DNA of 62,188 bases, the filler included, from Sphacelaria rigidula (Eukaryota), in NCBI GenBank assembly GCA_964200075.2. It is 9 parts of 9 records of this genome, joined end to end, with 100 filler letters (N's around TTAATTAATTAA, not from the genome) between each part and the next. Parts side by side here need not be neighbours in the genome. Positions count along the whole stretch, not along the records: positions 34,606 to 41,426 come from CAXNAA020017918.1; positions 41,527 to 48,347 come from CAXNAA020017919.1; positions 48,448 to 55,268 come from CAXNAA020017920.1; 6 more parts are not named here. The stretch is one strand, 5' to 3'. The notes under the pieces are model-generated. The model saw only the letters and a list, made by a program, of their open reading frames with translations. It was not told where the DNA came from and ran no database searches. Positions 36,491 to 49,138 of this stretch are shown here, one piece after another (the stretch's first letter is position 1; every line of letters begins with the position of its first letter). The translations under genes were made by a program, and so were the position numbers.

Positions 36491-38587
36491 TTGCTCAAAC
36501 CTGACCAAGCACAGGTTGGTCCGTTTGAACAGACCGAAGTCTTCGTCCACGAAGGTAGGCAGGCCATTTACCTCACGTCCCCTGCATCTTTCGATATACT
36601 CAACGGTCAGTTGTTGGGTTATGCTCAAGCGCCTCTCATACGAACCGCTCTGTCAGATGTGTGCCCCCCTGCGGACAACAACTGGTCGACGGGCCCCCCG
36701 AAATCCACGGGCCCCCCTCCGCTACACATGCCTGACCCCATGGTGGTGACAAATCCACCAGATGCGCCTGATCCTCAACCCCGAACTGCATTACTGGAAA
36801 TATTTTCTTCAGAACAACGAGCCAGTTTTCAAACGTTGTGGGATGACATTCCCCCTAACTTACGGCATATTGTTTTTGATATATCTGGCGATGGTTGGAC
36901 ACCCACTGTAATCGATAGATTGGGATCCATCTTGATTAGATACTCTGAACGGTTTTCTACTGTACCCTTGGATTTAGGTCGATGTACCACGACACCGTTC
37001 AAGATCAAGATTTATGATGGCGCTCCGCCTATCGTTATACTTCCGTACCGTACGAACCCCCTTGTAGCGGATAAGATCCAGGTAATTCTCGATGGTTACT
37101 TATCCGCTGGTTTAATTCGGCACTCGACGTCTCCGTGGGCCTCGCCTCTAGTAGTTGTCCGTAAGAAGAATGGCAAAATCAGACTGACGGTCAATTATCG
37201 AAAATTGAACGCTGTCAACAACATCGCCCGGCTGCCACTTCCACGGATTGATGAAAATATTGACTCTCTTGGCGGGGGTAAAGTGTTTTCGAACTTTGAC
37301 ATGCAGTCCGGCTACCACCACTTAATGATGGATCCAAATTCCATTGAACTGACGGCGTTTTGCTCACCATCAGGTTTGTACAAGTGGCTGGTTACACCAC
37401 AAGGTGCCGCCGGAGCTCCAGGTGCGTTTCAACGTGTAATGTTCCGTGTAACTGATGGATTGCCCAAATGTCACATGTACCTTGACGATGCGGTGTGCCA
37501 CGACTCCACACTGGCCGAACACGTCGAACAGTTGGCATCATCCTTCAATCGGCTTGAACAACACAACTTGAAACTCGCACCCCCCAAATCCCGCATTAGC
37601 GTCACGAAGATTGAGTTTTTGGGTCATTGCATCACCCCCGAAGGTCTTAGCCCAAATCTCGACATTTCTCAAGTGCGTTCCTTGTTGGGAGGTCTAAGCT
37701 GCTACAGACGGTACTTGCCAAACCTTGCCCAAGAGCTAAAACTCACCACCACCCTCCTCGAGAAAGGGGTGGATTTTGTGTTTACATTGGAAATGGAAAA
37801 AAACATCCGCCGTCTCCTTGACACCCTTTCGCGCCCGTCGATTCTCGTCTTCCCCGACTGGTCGGCCGCGGAGCAGGATTCTCGCCCTTTACGGCTCCAC
37901 ACAGATTCTTCCAAAATCGGGTTTGGCTGCACATTAGAGCAGGAGCAAGTCGATGCAACTGTTCGTCGCATTGTCTATCTGAGTCGCACCACTTTTCCGA
38001 ATGAACAGAACTGGTCTGTCACGGAACAAGAGGCCGGCGCTTTTGTTTGGGGCGTACGACGTCTGCGTCAGTATTTGTATGACATCCCGTTTGTGATTTA
38101 TACCGACCATAAGCCTTTGGAAAGCCTTGCCAAAATGGCGGAACACAACGCTAGGGTCCAACGCTGGTTCGAAACTCTGTCGTCTTACAACTTTCAACTG
38201 AAGTATCGCACAGGTCCCCAGAACGCAAACGCCGGCTTCCTGTCGCGCTTGCCCACACCAGCTCAACCTATCGATGAATCCCCTATAGGACGTATGACCG
38301 ATTCCACCGAAGACACTGTATATTTCATAAGCAGGAATGGACATAGAGGTCTCTACACACCACTTTCACTGAGAGAAACGCCGGCTTTAGGCATGGGTGG
38401 GCTGACGACCACAGCCCACGCATCGGTTCTAGGCAGCTTGCAACCTCAATCATTGTACACGGTTTGGAATAAACTGTCTACGAATACTGTTGGCTATCAT
38501 CATTTTCGGTCAACTGGCCAGCGCATGGTTTTCGCAGCAGGTGAAGAACCGCCCTTTGCTGATTCCGTCTTACCAGTTCAAATTTGA
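36491..38587 (+). pseudogene. pol: Gypsy reverse transcriptase + RNase H
   Basis: SPWASPLVVVRKKNGKIRLTVNYRKLN, FDMQSGYH, PQGAAGAPGAFQR, YLDD, FLGH; RNase H motifs LHTDSS, EQEAGA, YTDHKPL. Confidence 0.95.
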
Positions 38588-39256
38588 CATTTGATTTCGA
38601 GTAGGACTCGTGGACGGCGGGCCGCCGAAACGGCCACCAAATTAGCCGTATCCGGTCCTGACCTTCCCCTCCCTGCCCCCACCCAGGTCCCCGATAGTTT
38701 TCTTGCGCCCCCGCAGCCTCCGCGACGCAAGGCCCCAAGAAAATCGACCCCGACCGTGCCACCCCTGCCAACCATAGCCGAAACCACGACTGTGCCCTCC
38801 TCCAGTGGTGATGATATTGCAAACACCACCACAACACCCTCCACGCTAATCGACGCAGGAGTAGACGTTAACGTTCCGTCTGAGAGTACACCAACTGGTA
38901 GGCTCACCCTCAATTCCGAAATCACCGCTTCGTGCCAACCCCACCCCGAACCGATCCAATACGAAGTAGACGCTTCAATAGATGGTGTATTCAAGGAACG
39001 TTTGACTCTCTTCTCCCACGCCGATTGGGCCCGGGAACAACAGGCAGAACCTGCTTGTAAACCAGCTTTCCATTATCTATCTAAAGGTTGTCCATGTCCA
39101 TTCTCAGAAGCCGAATTTCTTTTGCCAGTCGGGAATCTTAAAGCGCCCACACAGAATGAAGTTACGAAATTTTCAAGGAAAGGTATGCTACCCACGGATG
39201 ATGATGGCATAGTTCTGTTGGTTCGCCGGCCCACAGCAGCCTTCCCCACGGGGTAG

Positions 39257-41426
39257 CCTACAAGTCGACATGCCCGCTCGCTAGATGATGTACCCATCCG
39301 CATCTATGTCCCGATGCTACTGCGCCCATGGGTTCTACACGAATTTCCTTAACAGGCATCGACTAATTTAAGCGCCATTAGGACCTCCCACATGTTGGAA
39401 CGTTTTTATTGGTCGATTTGTATGGATCAGTGTTGTCGTTGGTGGGTGAGGCGTTGTCGTTTGTGTCAGGCGCGAAAAACTTCTCGTCAAACAGTTCGTT
39501 GGCCGATTGTTTCCATGCCACTCCCGAACGGGCCTGGTGAAGTAGTGCCGTGGGACTATTTTGGTCCTTTGCCCTCAATGATAGTGGTAATAAGTATATT
39601 TTGTTGTTTACGGATAGATTCAGTCGACATGCGGTGATGCACGCCGTCCCCCCCAGTAGCTATACCGCGGAATGTACTGCCAACATTCTTGTCTACATGT
39701 ACATCCCACTGTGGGGTGTGCCCAAACGCTTACTGTCTGACAACGGCCCGCATTTTTCAGGCAAACTTTCAGCCGCTGTCAGGATTTTTTGGGTGCCCAT
39801 CGCATTTTTACTAGTTCATATCACCCTTTTATCAATGGTGGAACAGAACGAGTGAACCATACCATGGCGCAGATGCTTGCTGCTGTAGCAAATGAGAGAC
39901 AGATGGACTGGGATATGCACCTGCCCCTTGTCCAAATGAACTACAACAATTCAGTAAATGCCGCTACGGGATTGTCGCCGAATGAAATTCATATTGGACC
40001 CGTGCTTAGGTTACCTTTAACGGTATTCGAACGCAAAAATACAGGCGGACATCAGAGTCTAGATCGTCATGTTGTAGAGTATCATTTGTCGGATAGCAAC
40101 GTCTTACATATAAAGTGGTACGAGACCAGAACCAAATCAATTTGGCCAAGGTGGCCAGAGCGAATTCGATGTTAGATGATGTGGTACATACCCGCCCGGT
40201 GTGGAAGGTGGGCCAATGGGCATGGGTGTATAACGATGTGAAGACCATCAATCAAGGGGCTAGCTCGAAATCATCATCTTTGGATAAAGTGTTGAAGGCG
40301 AAACTATCCTGGAATTGGACTGGTCCTTGGGAAAGTTTAGCTGTTGGTCCAAGCGCTACCTCACCCGACAAGAGTCCGGTGGGAGCGAACATTTTGTATT
40401 GAGATTTTCCCACGGATGAACCTGGTTTAAAACCGAAAACTCGCGTCTCGATGCTAGGATGCAAACCGTGTATCTTCCCTCATGACTCCTCTGACATGCC
40501 CAAACACCTGCCGCTAGGGCTAAGCTAGTATGTGTTGATCAAGTTTGCGATCAGAACTCCGCCGTATCATATGACGGTGGAGGATGCGGACGCACCCCTG
40601 GAACGCGTTGCGGTAGAAAGGATTTCGGGTCATCAACTGGTTCGCGGTCGTGGAGGTGAAGTAGCGGTATTGTATCAAACACATTGGAAGGGTATCACGC
40701 GTGTTACATGGGAGCGTGAAGTTGATTTGCGTCATTTTCGTCGGGAAATATTGCTGTACTGGGTAGGAGATACCGTCCAGCACCGCCCGTTGAATAAGAT
40801 ATATCGGTCGATGCGCGAGGGAGCTGCCGCGACACGTTCTACGATAGCCCCCCCCAAAACCAGCTAAAAGTGGCACGACAAAAATTGCCATGCAGCGCCT
40901 GATGTTCGGGTTCAGGCTGCATGAAACGCCTCATATTGGCAACATTGGCTAGAACGAACTCGAGCGTGGGAATTCCCAGCTGTTCGGCTTTTCCCAATTC
41001 GATTTAAGTGAAGATTTTGCCTCCCAAAACCATGCACGTTTTTGAGGGGCGCTATCGTAGAAAGTGTCCCACTCGGGAACTGGCACGTGAACACTCAGCG
41101 CGATTTGTTGTGACAGGCTATAGCCTTCTTTCACGTTCACAACACATCAAGTGTTTTCACGGAAAACGATTGCTGAAAGGGACGTACTTTTGGTGTGAGA
41201 TCTTGGATTCACTGAGGTGGTTGGGTAAACATAACTCGGTCGATCCTGCGTATGACCACTCCTGCTTTATCCGTTTCCTCAATGACCCGTGCCCCCTTAA
41301 GATTCGCTTGGATGATGCGTACTACACCGAGGAGCCGACCGCTCGGAGGGGATCCTGGTGCCTCCAACGACACGACCAAGGCGAACTCGAAACAGCCGTT
41401 CTACGGAACACGGACACCGCTTGGGA
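39257..41426 (+). pseudogene. Gypsy integrase (frameshifted) with GPY/F-like motif, chromodomain-like module and a further C-terminal domain
   Basis: CRLCQARK, WDYFGPL, TDRFSR, LLSDNGPHF, GGTERVNHT, WNWTGPW, VERISGH...YQTHWKGITRVTWERE. Confidence 0.88.
40831..41068. mobile_element. 238-bp MITE inserted in the integrase tail; GACAC...GTGTC ends, 4-bp TSD CCGC/CCAC
   Basis: TIR GACACGTTCTACGATAGC / GCTATCGTAGAAAGTGTC; removing element + 4 bp (242 nt) restores an in-frame MREGAA-TRELARE join. Confidence 0.85.
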
Positions 41427-41981
41427 NNNNNNNNNNNNNNNNNNNNNNNNNNNNNNNNNNNNNNNNNNNNTTAATTAATTAANNNNNNNNNNNNNNNNNN
41501 NNNNNNNNNNNNNNNNNNNNNNNNNNATACGCACGAAAGACCCAGGGAGCCTCGTGACGATATCCCCTATATCTGTTGTAGAAAAGCTCAGATCGCCCTC
41601 AAACTTGGCAGTTCCGTAGATATTGATGCTCGAAAAGGAAAACTTGTGATATTGGCAATATTTCAAAGTTTCTCCGTTCTGTACCGGCTTCCGGGGGTCC
41701 CGGTATGAAGACCTCCGGAGGCTGGTACAGAATGCCGGGACCCCGGAAAACCGGCACTGTGATTTTTGTTTGGTTTTTTTTGCGAACGATTTGCCGCCGC
41801 ATAACCCAAGGAAGGACCTCACAAAGTTTCGTCGCAAAAATCGGTCAACTGATGCTTGGATTTTCATGTTCACGTCAAAGAAGGCCCAAGCACGCTGTTT
41901 TTGCTCTAAAATCAAATAGTTTGCGGTTTCACCGCGGCACGGCAAAGTTCATCGCACAAAAGCGAAATACCTCACGCTATT

Positions 41982-42237
41982 TTAAGGAGGTAGACCCTCA
42001 AATTCTGCACAACTGTGCCATGGGTCATCACGCAAATTTTAATGAACCAGGTTGTTTTCAGTTTTATTTTTTTACCGTTTTACGGGGGTCCGATTGGATC
42101 GATGTTTCCCCGAAAAAAATGGTACCCCGAAAAACTGTGAAAAAAGTCCGGAAGTTAAAAAAAAAACTCAACCTTCGAAAGTTGTGTAATACCCCATAGA
42201 ACATCTGTGCAAAATTTCAGGGTCTGACTCCTTGAAG
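41982..42237. repeat. Imperfect inverted repeat (~60-bp arms) within MITE-like sequence
   Basis: AAGGAGGTAGACCCTCAAATTCTGCACA pairs with TGTGCAAAATTTCAGGGTCTGACTCCTT. Confidence 0.65.
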
Positions 42238-42966
42238 CCGCGTAAGGTTTTGCCGATGAGTGTTTTTTGGATGATAAGCGTGAACCAGCTCGTATAGTCT
42301 CCTAGTTTTTGGTACCATGCATGTGTCATCGATACGTATTTGGGGAAGCATGATAACTTTTTTCGTGGTCGTTTTTTTTTTTTTTCTTCGGGCACTGATG
42401 CTTCATCTGAGCTTTTTTTCTGTGAGGTTGTATATGCGTTTGCGGATATCCGTACAGTATGATGATGAGAAAATGGACACGTGTCGAAAAAATAGTGGAA
42501 GGATTGCACATGGATCGAGCCCAACCGGCCCAAATGAGCCTTCACGCCCTGCATACGTACATACAGTAGCACAATTTACCTTCAAAACGCAGGAGGCAGA
42601 ACAATTTGGGTTAGTAAACCGAGTCGTGTTGTGAGTTTTATAGTGATCACAAGCACAACAGCATCAAGTTTCCCTAAGATTGTACGCAGTGAACTGTTCT
42701 GAGAGGATAGTACTGTAGTGAAGTCCCGTTTTTTTTGTCGCCTTTCAAACCTCTCAAGGACGAGAGAAGGTCATATCTTGAACCGGCATCAATTTCACTT
42801 GAAAAAAAAATGGGCGTGATCTAGAAGGACTACCCTCGCGGTCCAAGGGCTAAGTGGTGGCGAGAATGTCTTGGGTTACGGAATATTGTGTATGGTCACC
42901 CGAGGTGATGCGGGAAAAAAAATGGCACATTTTTCGGTGAACGAGGGCCTTCGATGCTGCGACAGG

Positions 42967-43473
42967 GAGATTCGCTTTGAAGACCGATTCTAATGGGAGA
43001 GACGTTCAAAAATCCTGCTGAAAGCTACCCCTTGAGTCCTTCTCCGCCGTTTTACGCCCTAAAAGAGGGCTAAGCGGATGTTGACACCTTGGAATGACTT
43101 GCTCTACTCGCTGAGATCGTTCCAGGGCAACTTGGTGTTTCCTGCTGGCCGCAGTTTTATTTTCGGCCAAACTTGCGTCTTCAATAACAGACGATCCGGT
43201 GATCAAAATACTGGCAGCTTCCCCCTGTTTATTTTTTTTTATTTCATCACTTGACCGTTTGTTTTTGAGGATGCAAGTGCGGCCAAAAATAAAACTCCGG
43301 CCAGCGGGAAACTCAAAGTTGCCCGGGAGCGGTCTCAACGAGCAGAGAAGCCATTGCAAGGCGTCAACATCCGCCTAGCTCTCTTTTCGTTCGGGCGCAA
43401 AACGATGGAGAAGGGTCCAAAGCGCAGGAATTTTGAACGGCTCCCACAAGAGTAGGTCTAACCGAGAGATCTC
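42967..43473. mobile_element. Old foldback element (~240-bp arms); termini not resolved
   Basis: GCGGATGTTGACACCTTG...GGGCAACTT...GCTGGCCG pairs with CGGCCAGC...AAGTTGCCC...CAAGGCGTCAACATCCGC. Confidence 0.75.
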
Positions 43474-44861
43474 GATGAGATTTTCTCATGAAACATCCTT
43501 CGACAGTGTGGCTGCCCTAATTTAGGAGGAATCATGGAGGCCGGGTCTTGCTTTTTCACCCCGGGTGGTATCCTCCGTGAAGTACGGGTAGACTCGCCGC
43601 TTGGCGTCCAGTTCGTCGATATTGTTCAGCAGCCTGCAGGCAGATAGATGTATGTGTGTGTGTATTTGTGCGGCGATGCCATAAGCTGCCCGTAGCGGGC
43701 TTGTGTCTTTTTGACCGATTCAGCGTAGTTTGGGCAGCTCCGCAGCTCACCGTGGGTGGTCTGTTCGACACTCACAGACAACACATCGTTTACCACGGTC
43801 CCCTCTCCCCTTCTCCAGCAAGCGTGTTGTTATAGCCAACCCCCTTCACCCTTCCCTCAAAGCTTTATTTCGTTCGACTCGACTTGGTTTCATTTGGTTC
43901 ATCCGACGGATTGATGGTCTAGCGCACGCGTACTGGTCTGCTGGAGACCCATGCTGTACGTGGTCGGAATATGAACGTGTACGCGCTAGGTGGTTGGGTG
44001 ACAACAGGTCGAAATTACTCGCTGAATGGAGATGGAAGTCGAAAACAAGGGAGTGATACGACTCGTAGCATGGACGGAAAGAAGAAGAACGAAGAGAAAA
44101 TGGAAGGAGTAACGTGACGTGCAGTGGACACCAGACGCAGAACTAGCGCCGGTGCCGTGGGACCACCCCGACACGCCCGTGCCAGGATTATGTTTAAGAA
44201 GAGGATACAAATTGCGGGGCCGTGGGAGGCAGATCGCGTCTCGGCTGTCTGGAGAGTTGTGCACTGATTGGCAGGAACTCACAGCCGCCAAGTTGGGGAA
44301 AATGAGACACACGACACCGACAACAATACAGCAAGCTCAAACAGGAAATAGTAGAAGACAAGCACACCCTGGACAATAGATTGCAGTGTCAAGAAGTGTA
44401 CTGGGTACAGAATTGGCTATTGCGTCTATTGCAGTAGACAATGGATTCCATTCTGTTCGCAGTACATTTTATGACAAAAGCAATATACTGTCATAATCCA
44501 GGGTGTGAAGACAAGAAAAAGACATCTATCTATCTGAAAAGTATGATATTTGTGGGATGGTCAAGCGAACAGATTAGCAGCAAGTGTGTGGAATCGTGCG
44601 CGAGATATACACTTTATATATATTCGTGTGTTGTATGCGTATCAGCGCCCACGAGGTGGTATCATTTGCTGATTGCAATTAGGGTTTCGGTTGAGGTCAG
44701 CGTTTTGGAGTGAGTGTACACACACTCCTCCAGTGTTCCTTACAGTGCTTCGTTTGTGTTTCCCATTTTGTGTCTCTCCCCGGCTGATCACCATTTTCAC
44801 GTATTCTGGTATTCCTCGGTTACCGTGCTTCTGATAATATTCGAGAGCTTCGAAACTTTAT

Positions 44862-45020
44862 TTTTTTAATTTCAGAGTGCAAATATCTCAGGATCAGAGT
44901 GTAACGAAAAACTACACCCTCCTTCGTCAAATGTGGTATCCCCTTACATTTTTTTTAATGAGGTGTTTTTTTTTCTGCACTCTGATCCTGAGATGTATGC
45001 ATTCTGAAATTAAAGAAAAA
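44862..45020. repeat. Short inverted repeat
   Basis: TTTAATTTCAGAGTGCAAATATCTCAGGATCAGAGTG pairs with CACTCTGATCCTGAGATGTATGCATTCTGAAATTAAA. Confidence 0.75.
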
Positions 45021-45862
45021 AATAACGTTTTCCGAAATTCTCTGTTGTGTCGAGTGGTTCTACGACAGGGGAGGGTCCACTTTTTTTTCTGAGGCTCTGC
45101 ACTATCGGAGCGTCTGGATGACAAACATCTGGGCCTTGTTATAGTGTGCAGTCTCAGAACACTTTTGGACTAAAATGTGCACCCCCACCGTAAAATGTAG
45201 AATACCTCTGTCTGTTTATCAGACGTAGCTGCCGCGGCAGCAGAGTGATAGCGGTCGGCCGTCCTCATTTTTTATAATCTTGTAGGTACAACGGTGTTGG
45301 GCAGCTATGATAAGTAGTAAGCAGTACACACATGCCCCACGTACACGTGGTGATACTTTTTTTTTTTAGTCACGATTTCACACGTACCCTCGCCTTCCTC
45401 GGGGCGAGTCTGTGGTCTCAAGGGATCAATCAGCCCATCTTATAATCCGGTGCACACACCTTACATTTTGGTACGAGTGGTTTTAAACGGGAGGGGTGGA
45501 CAATCGTTTCCTGAGGTTCTGCACGTTCGGAGTCTCTCTCGAGACGACAAATATGTGGGCGTTAGTCAGTGTGCAGCCTCAGAAAAAATTCGGGAGTGGC
45601 AAATGTGCACCCCAACCGTGGAATCACTCGTACTGTATCGCGAATTGGAACATGACCATCAGCACTCCCGCCTCACGTCGACCCTCGCCGAACAAACAAA
45701 CTCTCTTCGCCACTCATGTTCTCACGTTTTCAATCGCAAATTTCCAGAATATCATGAAATTTCTCGGAAGAATATCCAGATTCGTTTTGCCGGGATTCCC
45801 ACTTGCATTCTTGCTACCTAAGTGGGGTCAGTGGGGGCGCGACGGAAGACATGAAGGAATTA

Positions 45863-46304
45863 AACAGCCGATCATTGAAACTGAGGATGGAACTTTTCGT
45901 TGAGGATGAGAACCCGCAAAATTAAAAATCTTCGTATCCACACCAAATCTTCGAAATATGGTTCCATTTCTTCACCTGCCGGTAGCTATTGACAACCGCC
46001 ACACGCCCTACAAATTTGGATTTCGATAACCGAAATGCTGGGGTCCTGGATGATGAAACAATTTTGGGAAATTCGGGTTATTCGATCGGATCGCCGAAAT
46101 TCCCCGAAACTGATTTTTCACCTAGGACCCCAACATTTCGGTTATCGAAATCCAAATTTGAATGACGTGTAGTAGTTGTCAACGGCTACCAGTAGGTGAA
46201 GGAATGGAACCATATTTCGAAGATTTGTTGTGGGTAAGATGTTAATCCTCCGGGTTCTCATCCTCAATGAAATGCTCCATCCTCAATTTCGATGATCGGC
46301 TGTT
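45863..46304. mobile_element. 442-bp foldback MITE, AACAGCCG...CGGCTGTT ends, 4-bp TSD ATTA
   Basis: Long TIRs; ATTA at 45859-45862 and 46305-46308; second copy at 50815-51478. Confidence 0.9.
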
Positions 46305-48447
46305 ATTAGTGTAGGGGCAGTAGCTTACGCCCGGAATCTTACGCCCTATTTCTTTCCGAAACCGAAGACTTTAGCCTAGGTGTCCTGCTTCTTGTCGTAA
46401 GGCCGCTGCTGTATGCCTCTGCATTGACCCGTTCTGCCCTCCTCCCCGGCTGCTGTCCTCTGTTTGTAATCCTGAAAACCCTGAACCTCAGATCGCACCT
46501 GTTCGGGCTCGTGAAAAGAGATCATCGGCACACCTTCGCGCCTGGTGATTTGGAGAAAACTGGGACCCAAACAGCGTTTATGCTGCGGTCGATTCGAGCC
46601 CTCACGAAGGGTGAGTGGGCCTTGGTCATTTTCCTGTCAGCCCGAAATGTAGGCCCATGGTCGTTTGTTTATTGATATCTGTTTGCGGTAAGTCTGTGTG
46701 TGTTTGAGGTTCCATCAAATTTGCACCTGCGAGATATATGTTTGGTCAGGGAGTGAATGAGCTACGCCAGGCACAGAATATTTGTTGCGGCTCAGATAAA
46801 ATTGCGGCTTTGGCGTGTGTGCTTGATCAGTCGATGCTTTGCTGACCAGGGCGGAAGACTAAGATAGAAATCACGTATCCTGAAGATGATTGCGGAAATC
46901 GGATGATCCTTCTGTACCTGCACACATGATGCATACATGCGTTATCTCCGACAAAAACATTGTCGTGTGATGGGTCTATTTCTTACTCATATAGTATATA
47001 TTAGCCGAAACCACTTGACTTTAGACTACAAGGCCCTAATTACTTGGTTTTCGACAACCCCGACTCGAATGAGTTTGGGTATGATCCACATAATCACTCG
47101 GATTCAGTATGAACATTATTTATCACTTGGATTTATTATCGATGCTATTAATCACTTGGTTACAGTGTATATATCCCACGGATACTGTTATACATATACA
47201 TATATAATTATATCAGCACACATGTTCAGCGACCGGCCGCATCCCTCTTAATAACGTCATAATATAAAATCCTCACAGGTGGTTGCACAGGCTGGCGCTG
47301 GAGGTGATGGCAGTAGACCTAAAGAAATGTACGTAAACAATAGTTGGTACTCGATTTTACTTGATTTCAGACTGAAGAAAGTTCTGAGAAAATTTATGAT
47401 TTGGGGCAGATGAGCAGTGGTGAGCAGTAGACCCACCTCGTCCAGAACGTGTTTTGGTCCAAAATCGGCTCAGAGGCGTCGTTTTAAGCTTTGGCAACGC
47501 ACCCGTAGCCTACAAGACACTTCGCACCCCCCTTGGTCGGGGTTAGGATTAGAGTCAGCGTTAGGGTGGCGTCATCTCCATAGTAGCAACCGTTGTTCAC
47601 GCCCATTTCTTTAGGTCCCCTCGGTGATCGAGCCGACCAAACAGACATGTCGGTATCATGCGCACAAAAATGATGTTGAGTGTTGAAAGGTACCGCTCAA
47701 GGAGCAGACAGTCTTGCGAACAAAACAATCTGTAGAGTAAGCAGTTCAGTAACTGCGTTGTAGTGAAGACTGGAAGAGATCGGGGGTCAGTCCCTGAATC
47801 TGGCGCGGCGCGATGGTATCTCGACTCTTTCCGACGTCCTGATGCGCTATCTACGACATGAGTTTTTGCCATCGTACCCACAACGTGAGGCTTCTCTTTT
47901 TTCTGTGCTAAGCCGCCGTAGATCTGTGCACACGCATCGTAGACCTCGCGCCGCACACCATGCTTGGACGCATTGACAGCGAACGTATGGCTACATGCCC
48001 CTTTTTCTCAACAGCCCCCGGTGGTCATTCTAGCATACCAAGACTAGGCTTGGCACGCGTTCTAGGTTCGAATCCTGATGATGCTAAAACTCTCATCAGG
48101 TTTGTGCCGTGCGAGATACGTGGCAGTGGTGAGTTGGTAGTGGAGTTCCGTGAGCGTGGGCAGGTGGAAAGATTACCTGGGTGGTGGTTCACAGCTCGAT
48201 CGTGAAATGCAAGGCAAGAAGTGGAGGAGAGATTGGTGGATTCCCTGACACTGCGGATTCGTCCCCGAAAAGAGGTCGGGAGAGGTGGGGGGAACGGGGG
48301 GTGGGGGGGTGTACGCATGATCATGCGTGCCATAGTCATCAGACCCTNNNNNNNNNNNNNNNNNNNNNNNNNNNNNNNNNNNNNNNNNNNNTTAATTAAT
48401 TAANNNNNNNNNNNNNNNNNNNNNNNNNNNNNNNNNNNNNNNNNNNN

Positions 48448-48516
48448 AACCCTAACCACAGGGGTGTTCAAATTCCGATGCGGTCCTCTAAGCACGCGGT
48501 CCTCTCACGCATTACA
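48448..48516 (+). mobile_element. Telomeric-repeat MITE, copy A (truncated by contig start)
   Basis: AACCCTAACC...GCGGTCCTCTAAGCACGCGGTCCTCTCACGCATTACA. Confidence 0.9.
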
Positions 48517-49138
48517 AAGGCGAAGACCTCATTGTTGGGGTTCACCATAGTATCAGATAGTGCTTTCGTGACAACAGCTTGGCTTGGGAATTTTGTGATC
48601 TTCTTGCTGGATATCGTATGCAATGGGTAAGGATGGGGAGTAGGAGTAGTGAACTACGATGAACCACCTATTTCGCGCGCACGTATGACTCCTCGACTCA
48701 GGTTGTGCCCAATCCTCTTCGAGCGACTGCCACTGCCGACAGCAACAACCATGGGTGGCCATGCATAGAAGGGGACGCTTGGATGCCACCTTATACGAAC
48801 GAGTGAGGGCACGGCCGGTACTCGCCTCGATCACGAAGCGAGTTGATGTTCCCATGATGATTATCCTTTCACCAGTATCTTATCGTAGAGTGCGTCGTGA
48901 CAGACTTCAAGCACATAGATATGACGGAAATTACCACCGTAAATTTCGCGCCCAACCTTCGTTTACGACAGGTGTTGCACTAAGACGGGGCGCCAACATG
49001 ATGTGTCGACGGTTGTGGGCTCGTTCGCCAGTGAGAATGCCGATCCATAGAGTACGGTAGCGACAGGAGTGTCGACGTGGTGAGCTCTGAAATAAATGAA
49101 ACCGCGTGATGTTCGGCACGTAATCCCAAATTTCCCAG

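Larger units (their letters stand above)
34606..41426 (+). mobile_element. Internal region of a degenerate Ty3/Gypsy LTR retrotransposon (LTRs outside the contig)
   Basis: Domain order PR-RT-RNaseH-IN; several in-frame stops and frameshifts. Confidence 0.95.

Noticed and set aside
40829..41070. TSD-less (Spy-like) insertion in the integrase
   Set aside because: Explained equally well, and more simply, by a 238-bp element with a 4-bp CCGC/CCAC duplication.
43006..43359. 117-aa ORF
   Set aside because: It lies wholly within a foldback inverted repeat.
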